This document shows positions 12,325 through 26,109 of a DNA stretch of 64,000 nt, one piece after another (position 1 is the stretch's first letter; every line of letters begins with the position of its first letter). Source of the stretch: Lingula anatina (taxonomy: Eukaryota; Animalia; Brachiopoda); the NCBI GenBank assembly GCA_051362555.1, contig CM120643.1, forward strand, positions 27,532,848-27,596,847, read 5' to 3'. Position numbers and translations under genes: made by a program. A model generated the notes under the pieces. The model did no database searches and was not told where the DNA came from. It saw only the letters and a program-made list of their open reading frames with translations.

Positions 12325-12996
12325 GACTGTGGTCTGCAGCTGACAGATGAACCAGACAAGCGTTGTTATCCCCTGGGGGAGATGTTACTCTGCTACGGTT
12401 GCCACCTGGCACGACTAAACTATCACCCCAACGGACTCCCGCCAGCAACCGAGTCCCAGCTCCTCACCTTCAATTTCAATCCCATGGTGCAGCAGCCGAT
12501 GCAGGGAGCTCAACCGACACATTTTGCTCAACCACAGTCTGAGGCACCACAAACACAATTGAGTTCAGCCATGATGAGTCAGCAAAAACAGCCACTGGGT
12601 CTTCAAGGCGGAGTGTCCAGTCAGAATGTTAGACAGACTTTGGCCGGTGGAGGAGGGGTAGGAGTGGTCACTAGGACTGGCCACCCCAATGGTCATCCAG
12701 ACTCCGGACCTCAAAGTCCAGCCAGTATGACCAGTTTGTCCAGTGGTTTTAGTGGTCAATATGTCCACAATATGTACACCAGTGGTCAGAAACCTGAACC
12801 CCAGGCGCCATTACGGCCACCACCAAATTATTATGACCGTCACAGCAGCACTGGTCATTTCTCTAGTGATGATAATCACAGTCCTCCCATACCGCCAAAA
12901 CAATATATCCAAAACCATTTCGACACACAGAGGGCTTCCCCACAGGGAACGGGAAAATCTGGCAAAGCCCAGATGTACCAGATAACTGATCTGTGA
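12325..12996 (+). CDS. WTIP: LIM protein terminal exon (end of LIM3 plus long Q/P/S/G-rich tail)
   Basis: ttctag acceptor; DCGLQLTDEPDKRCYPLGEMLLCYGCHLARL continues in frame with ORF 12382-12996 to ...MYQITDL-TGA. Confidence 0.92.
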   Translation, partial: DCGLQLTDEPDKRCYPLGEMLLCYGCHLARLNYHPNGLPPATESQLLTFNFNPMVQQPMQGAQPTHFAQPQSEAPQTQLSSAMMSQQKQPLGLQGGVSSQNVRQTLAGGGGVGVVTRTGHPNGHPDSGPQSPASMTSLSSGFSGQYVHNMYTSGQKPEPQAPLRPPPNYYDRHSSTGHFSSDDNHSPPIPPKQYIQNHFDTQRASPQGTGKSGKAQMYQITDL

Positions 12997-13784
12997 GCGA
13001 GTTGTGCCTGTTCCCTGTGAGTACTTTCACTGTGGTCCTGTCCAGCCAGGTTTCTTGTGTGAAGAGCGACAGTGTCAACACAGGCATATGGAAACACAAC
13101 CAAAGCAGAGATACATCAAACAACAGAACCGTGAAGCAGTTCTGTCTTATTCCCTGTGACTGTGAGCTTCAAATTTGGACCACAGGGAATAGAGACATTT
13201 CTTCCAACTAAAAAGAGATTCATGGCAGTTTCTTCCAGTTCCCTGTGAACTCCTGTGCTGACCACCAGATGTCACTGCAGTGTGTCCGAGCTCTCGCCAG
13301 CATGTAAACGTTTTGCCAAAACGAGCAGATGATGAACTGTTTGCCGAAAGTTAAATACAGACAAGCATATTTGACATTTTACATATATATGAAGTGGTCT
13401 GTAGTCTGCATGTTACAGCATCAATGTTTAATGCCTCTGATTCATACTGTGGTACTAGCATTTCATGGGACAGCAGTCAGAATGGCAGTATTAAAAGGAA
13501 TTGCTATTTGTTCTCAGATTTCATCAGTTCTAGACACATTCAGTTTTCTGAACATAAAGATGTGTCATGTTCATATAAATACTTTTTATTTTCAGCTTTT
13601 TCTAAATTTTGTCTCTTAAGTTCCTCAAGTACCTCAAATTTTTGTCTAGACATAAAAAGTTGGAAGTGTACTTTGTACACATCTTATCTTGTTAGAGTGT
13701 TTGAAACAAGTATAATACTACCACTTCTCTAGTTGTACTATAAATGTGCATCAATGTGTTATTTTAATGTCTGTTACTGGTTTT

Positions 13785-14055
13785 TGAAACAATGGACTGT
13801 TTGTTGCAGTCTAGGTTCAATGTATCACAGATTGTGGTTAACTTGGATACAATGTATCACTGTTAGTGCAACCTGGATACAATGTATCACTGTTAGTGCA
13901 ACTTGGATACAATGTATCACTGTTAGTGCAACCTGGATACAATGTATCACTACTTGTTGTGAACTGCAAACAATGTATCACTGTTTGTTGTAACTTGGAA
14001 GCAATATATCACTGTATTGGTTGTTACAAGTCACAATTGTATCGGCGTTACTGAT
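13785..14055. repeat. 30-bp minisatellite downstream of LIM gene stop (probable 3' UTR)
   Basis: caacctggatacaatgtatcactgttagtg, four near-perfect central copies with degenerate flanking copies. Confidence 0.9.
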
Positions 14056-14709
14056 GTAAGTTTAGTATTTTGCACGGGAAAAAAATTTATGTGATGACAT
14101 TTTAGTGCAACAATACAGGTGTATGATAATTGGTTTATCTCATGACACATAAATAATAGGTTGTCTTACATTTACCAGTAGATGTATGAAGCTTTTTCAA
14201 ATGTTGTCTTAAAAGGAGATACACAGGGAAAGTATGCATCAGTTATGTATGTGTTTGGCACAGTTTTAGAGCACTTACATGTTACATATATTGTCAGCTG
14301 ATGCACTGGAGTATTACATAAGTCTTTCACATGGTGGTCTATATGTTCTCACTTGATGGTAAAATGTGTATTGCCACTCTGTTGTGCAACTGCAAAAAAC
14401 CACTGTGGTTTGGTGTAAACTTGGATTTCCTGGAACAGGATCGGTTTACAGCAGTGGTTATAATCTGGTAGGTTTTCAGGTTAAGTGGTTTCACATTATT
14501 TTGAAATTCACATAATTTTGAAATTTATCATGTTGACACAATTTATTTATAGCACAGTTAGTTGTATGGCTGCAGGAAGCACTTTGAACAAGTAAACTTA
14601 GCACCCTGTGTTTGAGAACACTGGCATTGACTCCTGTCCTGGTATATAGCTGCCTGGTACAAATAATTACCCACATTATGGTTCTGAAAGTCAGGGTGAC
14701 TGTGATCAC

Positions 14710-14860
14710 TTGGTTGTTGTAATTACTTCACTGTGGTTACTTGATGCATTTTACATCACCATAGTAACTTCACTATGGTAACTTGGTATATGTAACATTG
14801 CCATAGTTACTTCAGTATGGTAACTTGATGCAGTAAACATCACCATAGTTACTTCACAGA
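14710..14860. repeat. Degenerate short tandem repeat
   Basis: Recurring catagttacttca..atggtaacttg units. Confidence 0.65.
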
Positions 14861-17800
14861 TTTTATGAACGCCCTGAATTTCAGAGATCTGCTTGAACAT
14901 TCTTGAAGAGAGAAGTGTCATTCTTAAAACTATGAAGTTCAGGTTGACTTGATCACATTTTCGCCACACTTGCAGTCTCCTTGTAATTTCATATACCAGC
15001 TTTGTTACTTCTCACTCTGTGTTGCTGTCACTGCCCCTGTTGGTTGTCAGTTACAATGTAACGGGTGTATTGATATTTTATATAATATCAGTTAATTATA
15101 TTAATATTGTCATTAATGCCAGTATTGTGAAAGCAGAGCATTTCTGTGGCACATGGTAACGACATGTCCCCACGCAGGCATCAATGTAGCTATCTCTCTT
15201 TAAGAAACTACCTTTTTATTTTCTATGAAAAAATGTCAAGGTATTTGATTATCATCTGAGACAATTTCACAAAATCTCTAAACAGTGTCCGGTATTTAAA
15301 AACTTAGACCATAAGGGGCAATTTCTAATCCTCTGTTTTAACTGTGTTTTAGGCTGGTTTTAAATTGTGCTAATTATGAGAAGCTTAAGTGCAGGTGAAG
15401 AAGGTTCGGGTTAAACGTGTGTGAACCTTGCGCTGGATAACTGTGTAATAAGTCTGAATATTATATTTTTAAAGGTACTTGATTATATTAATAGTTATGG
15501 CTTTCTCCTATCCTACCACTTGATCTTTTACTATTATTTTATTATAATTAATTTAAGTAATGAATGTGGAATTAATATCAACTAAATTGTGAGTTGTTAA
15601 ACTATATCAATCTCAATATTGTAATCAAACTGTTATATGGCATGTAATCCTGTCCACGGCAGTTCAGTACAGATTTTATTTTCCATTCTTAAAAGTCGCT
15701 TGTAGATCACAAAGGTTGGAGTTATTTATAAAGGAATCTGCATTGATGGGGAGGGTGGGATGATTTGCATCACGGGCACATCGCAAGAATTTTAAGTCTT
15801 AAGTCGCAGCACCATGACACGTTTTGTACATAGATTTCTTGGTGCTTATGACGGTATCGATGTATAGCGGATACCCAGTTGTATATGTGTAAATTATTTT
15901 CATTATATTGTGGGTCTTACACGTGTATAAACGATAAAATGTTTTTTCAACTTGAGTTGTTCTAATGTCTAGAGTTCCTGGAAAGCACGCGTAGAAGTGC
16001 CGTCCTTGTCCTGACTTGCACCCCGTCTTGTGCTTCGATTCGTTAACTGTTGTTTACTAAAGATTTCGTGCTATCAAATGCAGTCTTGCATGTGCTAGAT
16101 TAATGCATAGCAGTTTGAATGAATGACGATGAATTCTGTGACGGGCCTAGTAGAAGAACGCACGACTGGCAGAAGTTTTTCGAAAGAACCGTAATTTTCC
16201 ACTGTAAATCAAAAATTGATCTAGGATCTCTGCCCTTTCTCTTGTTTGTTCTACCTAGAGGTTTGAAGGCAAAATTCAGAAATGGACCCCACCCTAAAGA
16301 GTCTCTCTCTCTCTGCTGATATTGCTGCCTTCAGTATTAACTGATCTTATTAAGTGGACTGGGGAGGGATGTGGAACAGGGTTAGCGTTCCCTGCCCCCC
16401 CCCCCCCCCCCCCCTCAACCTCGATCAGCGTTGGTCTTGATACGGTAAATAACAGCAGATCACGTGGTGAACACTTTCTTCAAGGAAAGTAGCGGAGTGT
16501 AATGCGCTGATCATTGCGCCCTGCTTTGCTTGCTTAAGGAGAGAATTACTTTGAAATCGGTTTAAGCTAGCTTGTGTACAAATAATCGCCTCTAGTTCAA
16601 TTTCACATCCTTACTTACGCAGATGGACTGGGAAGATAAAATTAGACCTTGTTTATCATATAATTTCACCTGAGCCTTCAGGTCATCGTGAAATCGCGAC
16701 AGCAATGCCTTGGGCATTGTCATGGGATTCCCGTTCGACAACAACAACTTACTAATTTGCTTTATTGTTTTTCGAACCGTTTACATGACATTTTCACCGG
16801 GCCTAATTGTTTGTATTATTTCATTAGTAAACCGCCAAACCTAATTAATTGCAGATTTGAGAAGGATGGGGCACACCTACCCCACCTCACTAATATAATT
16901 AGCTCTGGGGATGCCCCCTGTCTTTCCCTTCTCCCTCTCCAAACGCGCCACAAACGTTCTTACCAACCAAAAGAGACAACACCAAACAACAGCTTCGTTC
17001 CATGTGCTCTTCATACTACAGTAAAATTGTCCTTGTCTACTATTTTATATTTACTGAATGAAGTGTCAGAGGCAAAAGTTTCATGCCTTCACCCCCACCT
17101 CCCCATAGCGAGAAGACGCTGCTATTTTTTTCAAAAATCGTCTTCATTTTTTCCTTAAGGAGCCTAGCTAATACATGTGGCATAACCTCACCATCCACTT
17201 TTCTAATTAACAGATAAATACAATGCAGGATCAAGGATTTTTCGTGCCATCACGGTAAACGTATAGAATACAAGCCTTTTAAAATGATATGAATTTGTCA
17301 GAGTGGAGAAAATACATCCCGCCCGATAGTCTGTGGATATTGGAGAATTGATCCCGGGTCTGTTTACCTTAGACCCCCCACCCTCTGTTAGACTCGGTTG
17401 GTCGAGATGTCCGGCGTCTCTAGCTGAGGCTACCGGGTCAATAACAAAATCCCGGTAATCTGAACAATAACACGGGCTGTTTTCTGCGTACAGGTGGCGC
17501 TGACGCGCGCGTGGATCAATACCTCGCGCATAGGTACCAGTAATAACATGGATACACGCTCACTCGTGCGCTTTCTCTGCGTCTCTCGCCCCTTAAGATG
17601 CTTTGTTCCACCTGGAACAAAGAAAAGCTTGGGCTTTCACAGAAGCTCGCTTTTGCATATAATAGTGAGGGCAGGCTTGCTTGGACAAAACCGTATTGTA
17701 TAAGGGAGCTACTGTCTCTCTCTTTTTGTTAAAGCTATATAAAATGTTGTCAATGCAGTCTAATCGATACAAGGAACGATGTAGGTCAATTTTCTGCCTT

Positions 17801-18272
17801 TATGAATGAGGCGCCTGATAGATTTGTCAATGGAAATGAATATTCAAATGAGCTTAACCATTCAGAATTTCCAAGAATATATGAGACTCTCTAGATCCCA
17901 TTAGGATCCATCGCTAGATCGGTAATGATGTGAAGAATTGAAAACCAGAGGCTTGCAGTTTTGTAGTTTTGCTGTATTTGCCACCGGCATTTGCGGCACC
18001 CGCCCTAGTGTTAGCTTAATTCCTGTAATATATGTTAAGGAAGAATACGGAGATTGACGTCACACGGCTCCCGGAAGAATCTTCGAGAGACACTAAAGGG
18101 GGCGAGTGTCAACTCCGAGAAATAATTTCCAGGAAAATGCACCTTGGACAGGCGGGGGCTACAGAAGACGGTGACGCTCTACACGATATCAATTGCCCAG
18201 CGGCTAATTGCATCGCGTTTTAATTAACGCGGGATGAAATTACCTGGATTGATTAGAATTGCTGCTGAACTG

Positions 18273-18327
18273 GTTGCCTAGCAACAGCCTCCCCTTCGTT
18301 TCCATTTCCCAAGCTCGACCATCAGTC
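18273..18327 (+). promoter_or_regulatory. Candidate G-alpha-o core promoter: RFX X-box plus Inr-like TCAGTC
   Basis: GTTGCCTAGCAAC (18273-18285) fits GTNRCC-N(0-3)-RGYAAC; TCAGTC at 18322; inside a CpG-rich stretch about 350 bp before the ATG. Confidence 0.5.
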
Positions 18328-18630
18328 TTCGCGTGCCTGAACCGTCTGCGCACGTATTGATTGATTCAGGTTGGAATATTATAATCTCTCCCGTTATTTC
18401 ACGATTTGCTAGCCGAGCCTTCTGAGTTTGATGCATAGAACATAGCTGACAAAGGCATAGAGACAGGGAGAAACCCGCTTTAACGAAAGGGTTTTTATTT
18501 ACAGTGGAAACGTCGAGGCCGGCTCAAACGCAGAGTTGGAGGATTATTACCAAGGATCTGATTCCAGGGAGTCGCCGAGGATTTGAAAGATTTTCTCCAG
18601 GCGAGGCGAGGCTGTGATACCGAAAACAAG

Positions 18631-18748
18631 ATGGGGTGTACGCTTAGCGCCGAGGAGCGAGAAGCCATGGAAAGGAGCAAGGCGATTGATAAGAATATAA
18701 AAGAAGACGGAGTCCAGGCTGCTAAGGATATAAAACTGTTACTGCTAG
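18631..18748 (+). CDS. GNAO1: G protein alpha-o subunit, exon 1
   Basis: aagATGG start; [40 protein letters not shown] with Gly2 myristoylation and Cys3 palmitoylation motif; gtgagg donor; 118 nt. Confidence 0.97.
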
Positions 18749-19158
18749 GTGAGGTGGTCCGCTCTCTGCAGACGTTCTAGTCCCAGTCTGAATATTGAAA
18801 TCTGCGCATCTCATTATACCCCGCGCTAATGGTGGATGATTGCCTTACTGCGGCCGCCATATTGCCTGGTCGATTCGATGAAAATTCCTAGGAAAATAAT
18901 CATTGTTCTGATAGTAGAGCGCGCTCCGTGGGGCACTGCCATCACGGGGCGTTGTAGTAACCGGAGTTTTATTTTAGGCTAAGGTGTATTATCTCTTAGG
19001 CATGTTTTTCGTTGGTTTTTGCAAGCTGATTTTACAGATGTTGGGAGTAGATTGCAGAAACTGGTCGCCTCCCTAGCTGCATAGTCGATGACTGTGACCT
19101 ATTTCCGCGATATTAATCAATATTCATGTCATTTTTTTCTTCTTTTTCGCCAAACCAG

Positions 19159-19201
19159 GTGCAGGTGAATCCGGAAAAAGTACCATTGTTAAACAAATGA
19201 A
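19159..19201 (+). CDS. GNAO1: G-alpha-o exon 2 (P-loop)
   Basis: accag/gtaggt; GAGESGKSTIVKQMK; 43 nt. Confidence 0.97.
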
Positions 19202-20180
19202 GTAGGTATCCAATATAGCATTCATTATTTACTTATATTTCACTTCTTTCAATTCGCTACTGCTCCACTCTGCACTGAACACTCATAAAAAAACCTGGGC
19301 AATATCTTCATAATGTGTGAAATATGTGGCTTGCTGTGAAGCCGAGATACCGATTTGCAGAACACTTTTGCACGTTTTCTTTGTTTTTAAACCCGCGCTT
19401 TCCTCCCCAACTACAGTGATAATTCAAATAGATAAGGAATTAAGGAATAAGGGGGGTATAAAAAGAATACAGAGGGATGGCACTCATTTCTGGTCCCTCA
19501 ACTGAAAAATAAAGCAAGGCCAATATTTAATAGCAGCTCGGCATAATAAATCCATATGAATCTCCCAGAAATCTTGTTTGCACATACTTCGACAAGGGCG
19601 GCCTTATATTGATTCCACGTTTCTAGCATGTTGCAAATGATCAGTCGTTGGAGATTTAACAACCGATGGAGGGAACTGCACACGCCGAGCAGCCGGCATT
19701 TTCGTTCCCCCCACTCCACTTATTCCTCTCGTCTCTGCCTGCCCTATATAGCCGCAAAGCACTAAAATGTTTATATTTTGAGTAAGCGCAAGCGTTCTTA
19801 ACGCTGTTGGTTAGGCTCAGGGCATATAAGCTTGGTTAATTTATGATTCCACATGCAACCGCTGACTGCGTTTATATATTTCAATCCAGACAAAGGGCTA
19901 AAATAGGGGCCTGTTTTATACGGATTTTATGGAGGCGTTCTATTTTTTATTACCGTTGAATTATTAACTGTGCTTTTTTGTTTAGCTGAAAGGGTTTTAG
20001 AGTTATCTTGTGACTAAATAATGACGGTATTCTTGAATGCAGCTGTGATAATGTGACGCATCTGTGTTGTCAAATGATTTGATGGCGATTAGGCCTGTGA
20101 ATGAAGGGTGATCATGTTTCTGTCAATTTCACAGTGTCATTGATGTACTCCAAAGACTATTTAGTTTGGATATTACACCT

Positions 20181-20183
<3 letters not shown>

Positions 20184-20225
<42 letters not shown>

Positions 20226-20343
20226 TCCTTTCTTCCCCCTTCCTCTCTCTCTTTCCCTCTCTCTCGTCCTTTATTTCTCTCTCTCTCTCTAGTTCTTTCG
20301 TCCTTTCTTCTCCTTTCTGTCCATCTCTCTCTCTCTCTCTCTC
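20184..20343. repeat. (CT)n / polypyrimidine tract
   Basis: Direct reading. Confidence 0.9.
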
Positions 20344-21008
20344 ATCACTTGGACAACAAAAACCACAGTCTTCACACGCAGGAGCTGTCCACACGTGCAG
20401 TAATTACACATTATCATCTGTGGGTGTTAATCAGTATTTGCAAGGAAAATGTAGCTTTTCCTTTGTTTTCCCCTCCTGGCCAGGTCGTGGTTTTATACTA
20501 CCTGGTTGTTGTAGTGAAATATTCAGGTTGTTGATATGTACAGGTACCTCTAGGGGCGTAATCTTCCACATATATATCAATATATACATAGTGATAACAA
20601 AATTAAAACCAACAACTTAGGCTCTAGAGAGAACAATAAAGCAAGCTTCCCTCTCTCTCTCCATTCAAAGAATAAGCGTTGGGTTTTGCACTTACGATCA
20701 TTAACAAATTTGTTGCAGATTTTATTTGAGGCTATTATGTTTTGTGTTAGAACACATCAAATACATGGACAGTTTGTGAGGAAAAAGGAACTAGGTTGAA
20801 GTTTTAAGATTGATGGACTCGAGAACACAAGGGCAGGGACATTTTATAAGGATATTTTTGTGTCAAGGGCACCCGTTATAATCTCAGTTGAAATAGTATT
20901 TTTAATCTATTTCAGGAAATACACGTCTGTAAGTTGAAGTTGTCTTTGATGATTTTGATTTCCCCTCACTTTATCAAAAAAATAATGTAAATATCAATAT
21001 ATATATAT

Positions 21009-21010
<2 letters not shown>

Positions 21011-21055
<45 letters not shown>
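21011..21055. repeat. (TA)n microsatellite
   Basis: Direct reading. Confidence 0.95.
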
Positions 21056-21056
<1 letters not shown>

Positions 21057-21682
21057 TTAAATGGACTTATTATAATTCTACAAACTTATGTTTATTTAGA
21101 ATTAGAACTATGGAATATCTTGGGTTTATGTATATTGCACTTTATTTTCACAGAAAATGCAGAAAATAGGTCTTGACAACAGCTGGAAATACCATATATT
21201 TCTGTTTCAGTTTAACTGTCAAAAAAAGACAATTTTAATATGAAAGTTACTGCATATTATTATCTCGTAGTTCTGACTTCTGCATCAAGCTGAAGAAAGG
21301 ATTCGAAACCCAGAATGCCCATATTCTTTGTCATATCTGAATCGTAATATCGTCTCACAGTTTAAGTTAACTTGTACGGCAGGGATGTAAACACAGGAGG
21401 ATGTCACAGCACGGGCCTTGGTATTAGAACAGTGTTCACTGCATAGTATTGTCTTATAATAATAATAACGACAGCAGCGCTGCACTCTTACTGAGCTTAT
21501 TTCTATTTAGTAGATAAATGTCATATAGGGTTCTTTCATTATTTGGGGTCATTACTAGCAACCTGAGTAAATCCAGTATAACAACACTGATTACTATTCA
21601 AGAACGGCTGAGATGAAAATAACTTTCAGGATTTGGATATTGAGGTTGATATTTTGCATTATCACAAGCTTCGTGGGAGAGG

Positions 21683-21696
21683 GTTACCCTAGCAAC
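21683..21696. promoter_or_regulatory. RFX X-box match in G-alpha-o intron 2
   Basis: GTTACCCTAGCAAC. Confidence 0.4.
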
Positions 21697-24600
21697 GGGT
21701 AATAACATTGTTTCATACAGCACTGCAGCAAAAGCAGCAACAGTAACAACGACAGTTTAGCTTAACACCCCCTCCTCAATATTTCCCAAATTCTTGTCCA
21801 AAACCCTTGGCCTGTCTGTAAGGCAGTATTCTCAGATATCAGGGGCTTCTAAAATAGTATACATAATTTAGGTTTGGACTACACAACATTTTTGTGACAG
21901 ACTTCTAGCGCCCCCTGTGGTAGGAGAGTGGTCCCTGTAGGACAGTAACGATACTCTCTCCAACAGCCCAGCTAGGTGAGGACATCTTTCTGTTCTGACA
22001 ACAGTACAGTGCAGAGAAATAGAGAAATACTAGTGAATATCTAGTGAAAAAAACCCTCTCCTTGACCCTGGTAGTGGGGGAAGTAATGACACGCTCAGGT
22101 TTTATGAATTCTGACGTTTACTTTTGGAAAAGGGAAATGTTTCTCCTATGTCAAACCTTATAGTTAAGAGTCGTATATTGACAATAGTTATTTCGCTGCA
22201 AAATTTAAAAATGTCATATGTCATATGTGTGTTCATATTGCAAGAAGTGGACTAAAGCACGGTAAGTCAAGGCTTATGGTTTTATTAGAGTGAAATAGTG
22301 TCTCCAATCACTTGTGCCTAGAAATACTCCTAATACCTTACAACCGCGTGGGCTGCAGCCATGCACAAGAGTAATCCAAGTGACATGAAATTTCAAACAC
22401 CGGAAGGAAGACTAATGTTCATATTCTTAGGCAATGGTTTGAGTTCTATTGTTGTGTAACTAGCAGGGTTACTTTTGGGAGATGGACAGTTGAACCCAGT
22501 GTCGGCCCTACTGTCACAGGCCAAGGGGGGGGGGGAGGGGGTGTTACTGATAATTTATACAAAAACTGACTCTCCAATCTGTCTAATAAGAGTAATAGGA
22601 CAAGACAGGGTCTACATTTCCGTGCTATGGAATGCACCCACGTCTTTTGCGGAGGTGTCACAAACGTTACATTTGGGGCACCAACGTCGACATCAGCAGA
22701 GTATTTGAAATGAAGGTTGCTATATTCATGTACACGTAATGCTTGTCAAAGTCATTTGATACACAAAAGGAAACGACATTATGTTGTGTCTTTTTAGAGA
22801 AATATATGCACTATTTACGCGTCAGATTTGTCAAAACTGTCACGTTATGGAGCAGTCCTTTCTACGGTGTTTTATAGAAGAAATCCACAAATTCGTTGAA
22901 CGTTTCCATTTAAACCATGGCTTTTTATTGTCGGTATTATTCCTTCTGAAGTCAGTTTGTTAGTGAGAATGATATTTAAATATGCAGTCCACCTAGCCTC
23001 CTATTCAAAACCTTTGCATACAGAACCATACGAATTTATTTGCAGGTTGATTCAGAATAGTTCATAGCATGAACTATTCTGAAAATGAAAATTATATCAC
23101 CTATTTATGATGTAGTTTATTCACCATTCTTTATTTCATTCCAAACTAATAAAGTAGGCAAATAAATAAAATATGAATCATAGTTTTATTATACACACCG
23201 ACAAACAGAATTTACGACTAAAGCCATTTAATGGACGTAGGAAAATCGTCTCTAGTGCATCAACATTGAAAATTACACAACATCACAGCAGGCAGACACG
23301 AACGCCGTCGACGCCCTTAACGCTGCAGTGCTATTAGCCAGGCTACCAAGGCAGTAGAATCCAGTACTGTCGTGATTGAAGTGCGACACTGCACTGTTCG
23401 TCAGTTTATTGATCGTAGTTTATATACAACGAGAGACCCCGCAATATAAGCCAGCCAGCAGCAATGGAGGGCACTTCTGCTGTAAGGCATATATTGGTAA
23501 TACGCTCTGTCCAAACCATCATGATGCTGCATATGCTTCATACTGTGTGGCAAAGGTCGTCCCTTGTTGACAAAGGCACAGTACGATGCGCTGTGTAGTA
23601 GTAAGACACAAAATGCCCCCCCCCCCTTTTAGGAGAAAGGCGCAAATTTCCCCCCTCCCTTTTTTCTGATATTTGAAGATATGATTCTGCGAAAGAACTG
23701 AGTTTAGGCTTTTAGTTCTGCTTTGGGGTCGGCTAGATGTCAAAACCGCTACAAGTGGTAAGACATTAAGGGTGGTCGCCTTAATGACTGGTAAAGCAAT
23801 GGTCATTTTATGAAGAAAACCGTCGGTTTTGTAACCAAACGAAAGTCAGTTCTTGAAATCAGTTTAAATTGCCTAAAGTTGAATATTCCTGCACGTGCCA
23901 ATGAAACAATGTCTTACATGGTTTCTTAGTCCAGGGATATTGAAACCATTGATTAACATCTCGGCAAAATACTTGGCCGTATAGCAAACCAATTTATGCT
24001 GGGTCGATTCTCTCTCAGGACGTAGGATTGGACTTGGGTTGTGGTGTGTTGATTTCTATGTGTGAAATGGACATTTTGTCCAATTTCGATTTGGACAAGA
24101 GCTTGTCAGATATTTGAAACGTGGCCATGATTATTACTTAAGACTAAAATCAGTTTCACGAGGCAAGACGCTAAAGAAACTCATTAAAACTGCAGCTGCT
24201 TAAAACTCCCATATATTTGTTACCAACATCAAGTCGACACTGCTTTATGACCCCCATTTCATCTAAACATCTTAAATTTTTTCGAGTCGTTCACGAATAT
24301 GCATAAACATTGTGTTAATACACATGTCAATCACGTATCAAAGCAGTCAAAATATTATTATGCATTGTCAGTTTGATCATCAGAACTTATATACATAATG
24401 CTGCCCATTTGAAATAGTAGTAGGTGGTGAAATAAATTTAATGAAAACGTTGGTTAATTCTTTCCGTTCCGATAATCAGGCGACAAAGATGTTGAAATTC
24501 TAATCAGAATCCTTTATTACGGTCTATTGTTGAATGGCAATGGAATTTTAATTGCAAATTTGATTATTTAATATAAGTAAAATTAGGGTCAAAACTTGGC

Positions 24601-24972
24601 AACCAAGGCAAAGACTGGCGATGATCTATTCTTAAAGGTCGTTTTAATTACCTTGAGATCTGTAATGCACATGTATCCCAGTTATTTAATAAAATGTATT
24701 TAATAAAATGCGTCCGCCTTACGCGTGTTAATAACCTGAAATTAGGTTCGTTTCTAAATAGTTTCACTAAAATACCGTTTGGTGCCAACAGAATTTAAAA
24801 AAGGAAACCAATAAAAATAGACAAAGTAGACACCGTAGTTGTAAGTACTGATATAGTGATAATTAAAGCATATAAAAACGACTACAGCCAAGCTGTCCAC
24901 ACAGAGAGCATTGTAAGTATGACTGTATCCAAAACGTTTAAATATTTGGCTGTGACTTTCTTACAGACTCAT

Positions 24973-25285
24973 CAGTGGCGGATTTAGAAGGGGGGTCAGA
25001 AGGGTCCTGAGCCCCCCCCCCCTTCGGTTTCTGAAATATATATATATATATATATCACAAATATTTCTCTCTTGAAATTAGAATTTAGACTAGCTAAATT
25101 ATAGTTCTAAACCGTATCAAAGGGAACTCTTTGCTCTCTAAACACCAAAAAAAAAAAAAGTTCGAGGCCTTGAGCAGGCCCCGAACCCCACACTATGGGG
25201 GCGATGGTCGGTTTCGCCTCCGAGGCCCGTCGTTCCGCACCCCACCCCCACCCCCACCCTTCAAATAATCCTGGATCCGCCCCAG
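24973..25285. mobile_element. MITE family CAGTGGCGGATTTAG...GGATCCGCCCCTG, copy 1
   Basis: Shared termini and internal similarity with 41174-41424 and 59675-60186; CTCAT flanks both ends. Confidence 0.75.
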
Positions 25286-25843
25286 CTCATTCACAGCGTT
25301 TACGTCACAAAGTGGTATTATACAATGTGTCCAAGACATTTTAACATTTGACATTCACTTTCTTTCAACCTCAGTCGCGGTAACCAGTTGTGTAAAACCT
25401 TATGCAACATTTCCAGAAAGCGTTAACTGTATAAAGCTTAACTCACTTGCAACCTTATTCATGTATTTCGTGTGTCCTCCAATTAGTTTTTCCTTACTTG
25501 TAAAAACGTTCTAAAGTTTTCTTTCGTTTAACGTTACACGGTAGGGTTGGGGCGTATTCAGTGTTTAGGTTTTTTAATGGAATATGTCGCAGTTTTACGC
25601 ATTGTCGTATCATATTGTTGTGCTTGTTATACATACATATTGCACTTTTGCTTGATCTAAGACATTGTTGTAATGTCCCTCCACCGAAAAAATTTTTAAA
25701 TGAACTAAAACTTTTATACAATTCAACTTGCCCATTGTGTTCGGACAGAAGTAGAAGTAGTCACAACTTAAACATAACTTGCCTTTGAACTTCTTCATGA
25801 TTCTGTGGACATGTTAACTGCCTGGCGTTCGTCTTTGTTTCAG

Positions 25844-25985
25844 AATCATTCACGAGGGCGGCTTCACACAGGAAGACAACAAGCAGTACAAGCCAGTGGT
25901 CTACAGCAATACGATACAGTCCCTCGTCGCCATTGTGAGGGCCATGGGAACACTGAATATTCCGTTTGGCGATAACGAGAGAGAG
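25844..25985 (+). CDS. GNAO1: G-alpha-o exon 3
   Basis: tttcag/gtgagt; [47 protein letters not shown]; 142 nt. Confidence 0.97.
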
Positions 25986-26076
25986 GTGAGTACGCTGCTG
26001 TTGTCACCTGCCGCGCAAACACAACGTTATTATAACGTTACCATAACGAGTTTTTTGTTACCATAACGTTACCATA

Positions 26077-26109
<33 letters not shown>

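Noticed and set aside
13733-14054. ORFs with repeated TWIQCITVSA peptide
   Set aside because: Translation of a 30-bp minisatellite, open in several frames
16688-17158. 156-aa ORF upstream of G-alpha-o
   Set aside because: GTG start, no recognisable domain or exon structure
20101-20534. Leu/Ser-rich and Glu/Arg-rich ORFs
   Set aside because: Translations of the (CT)n tract
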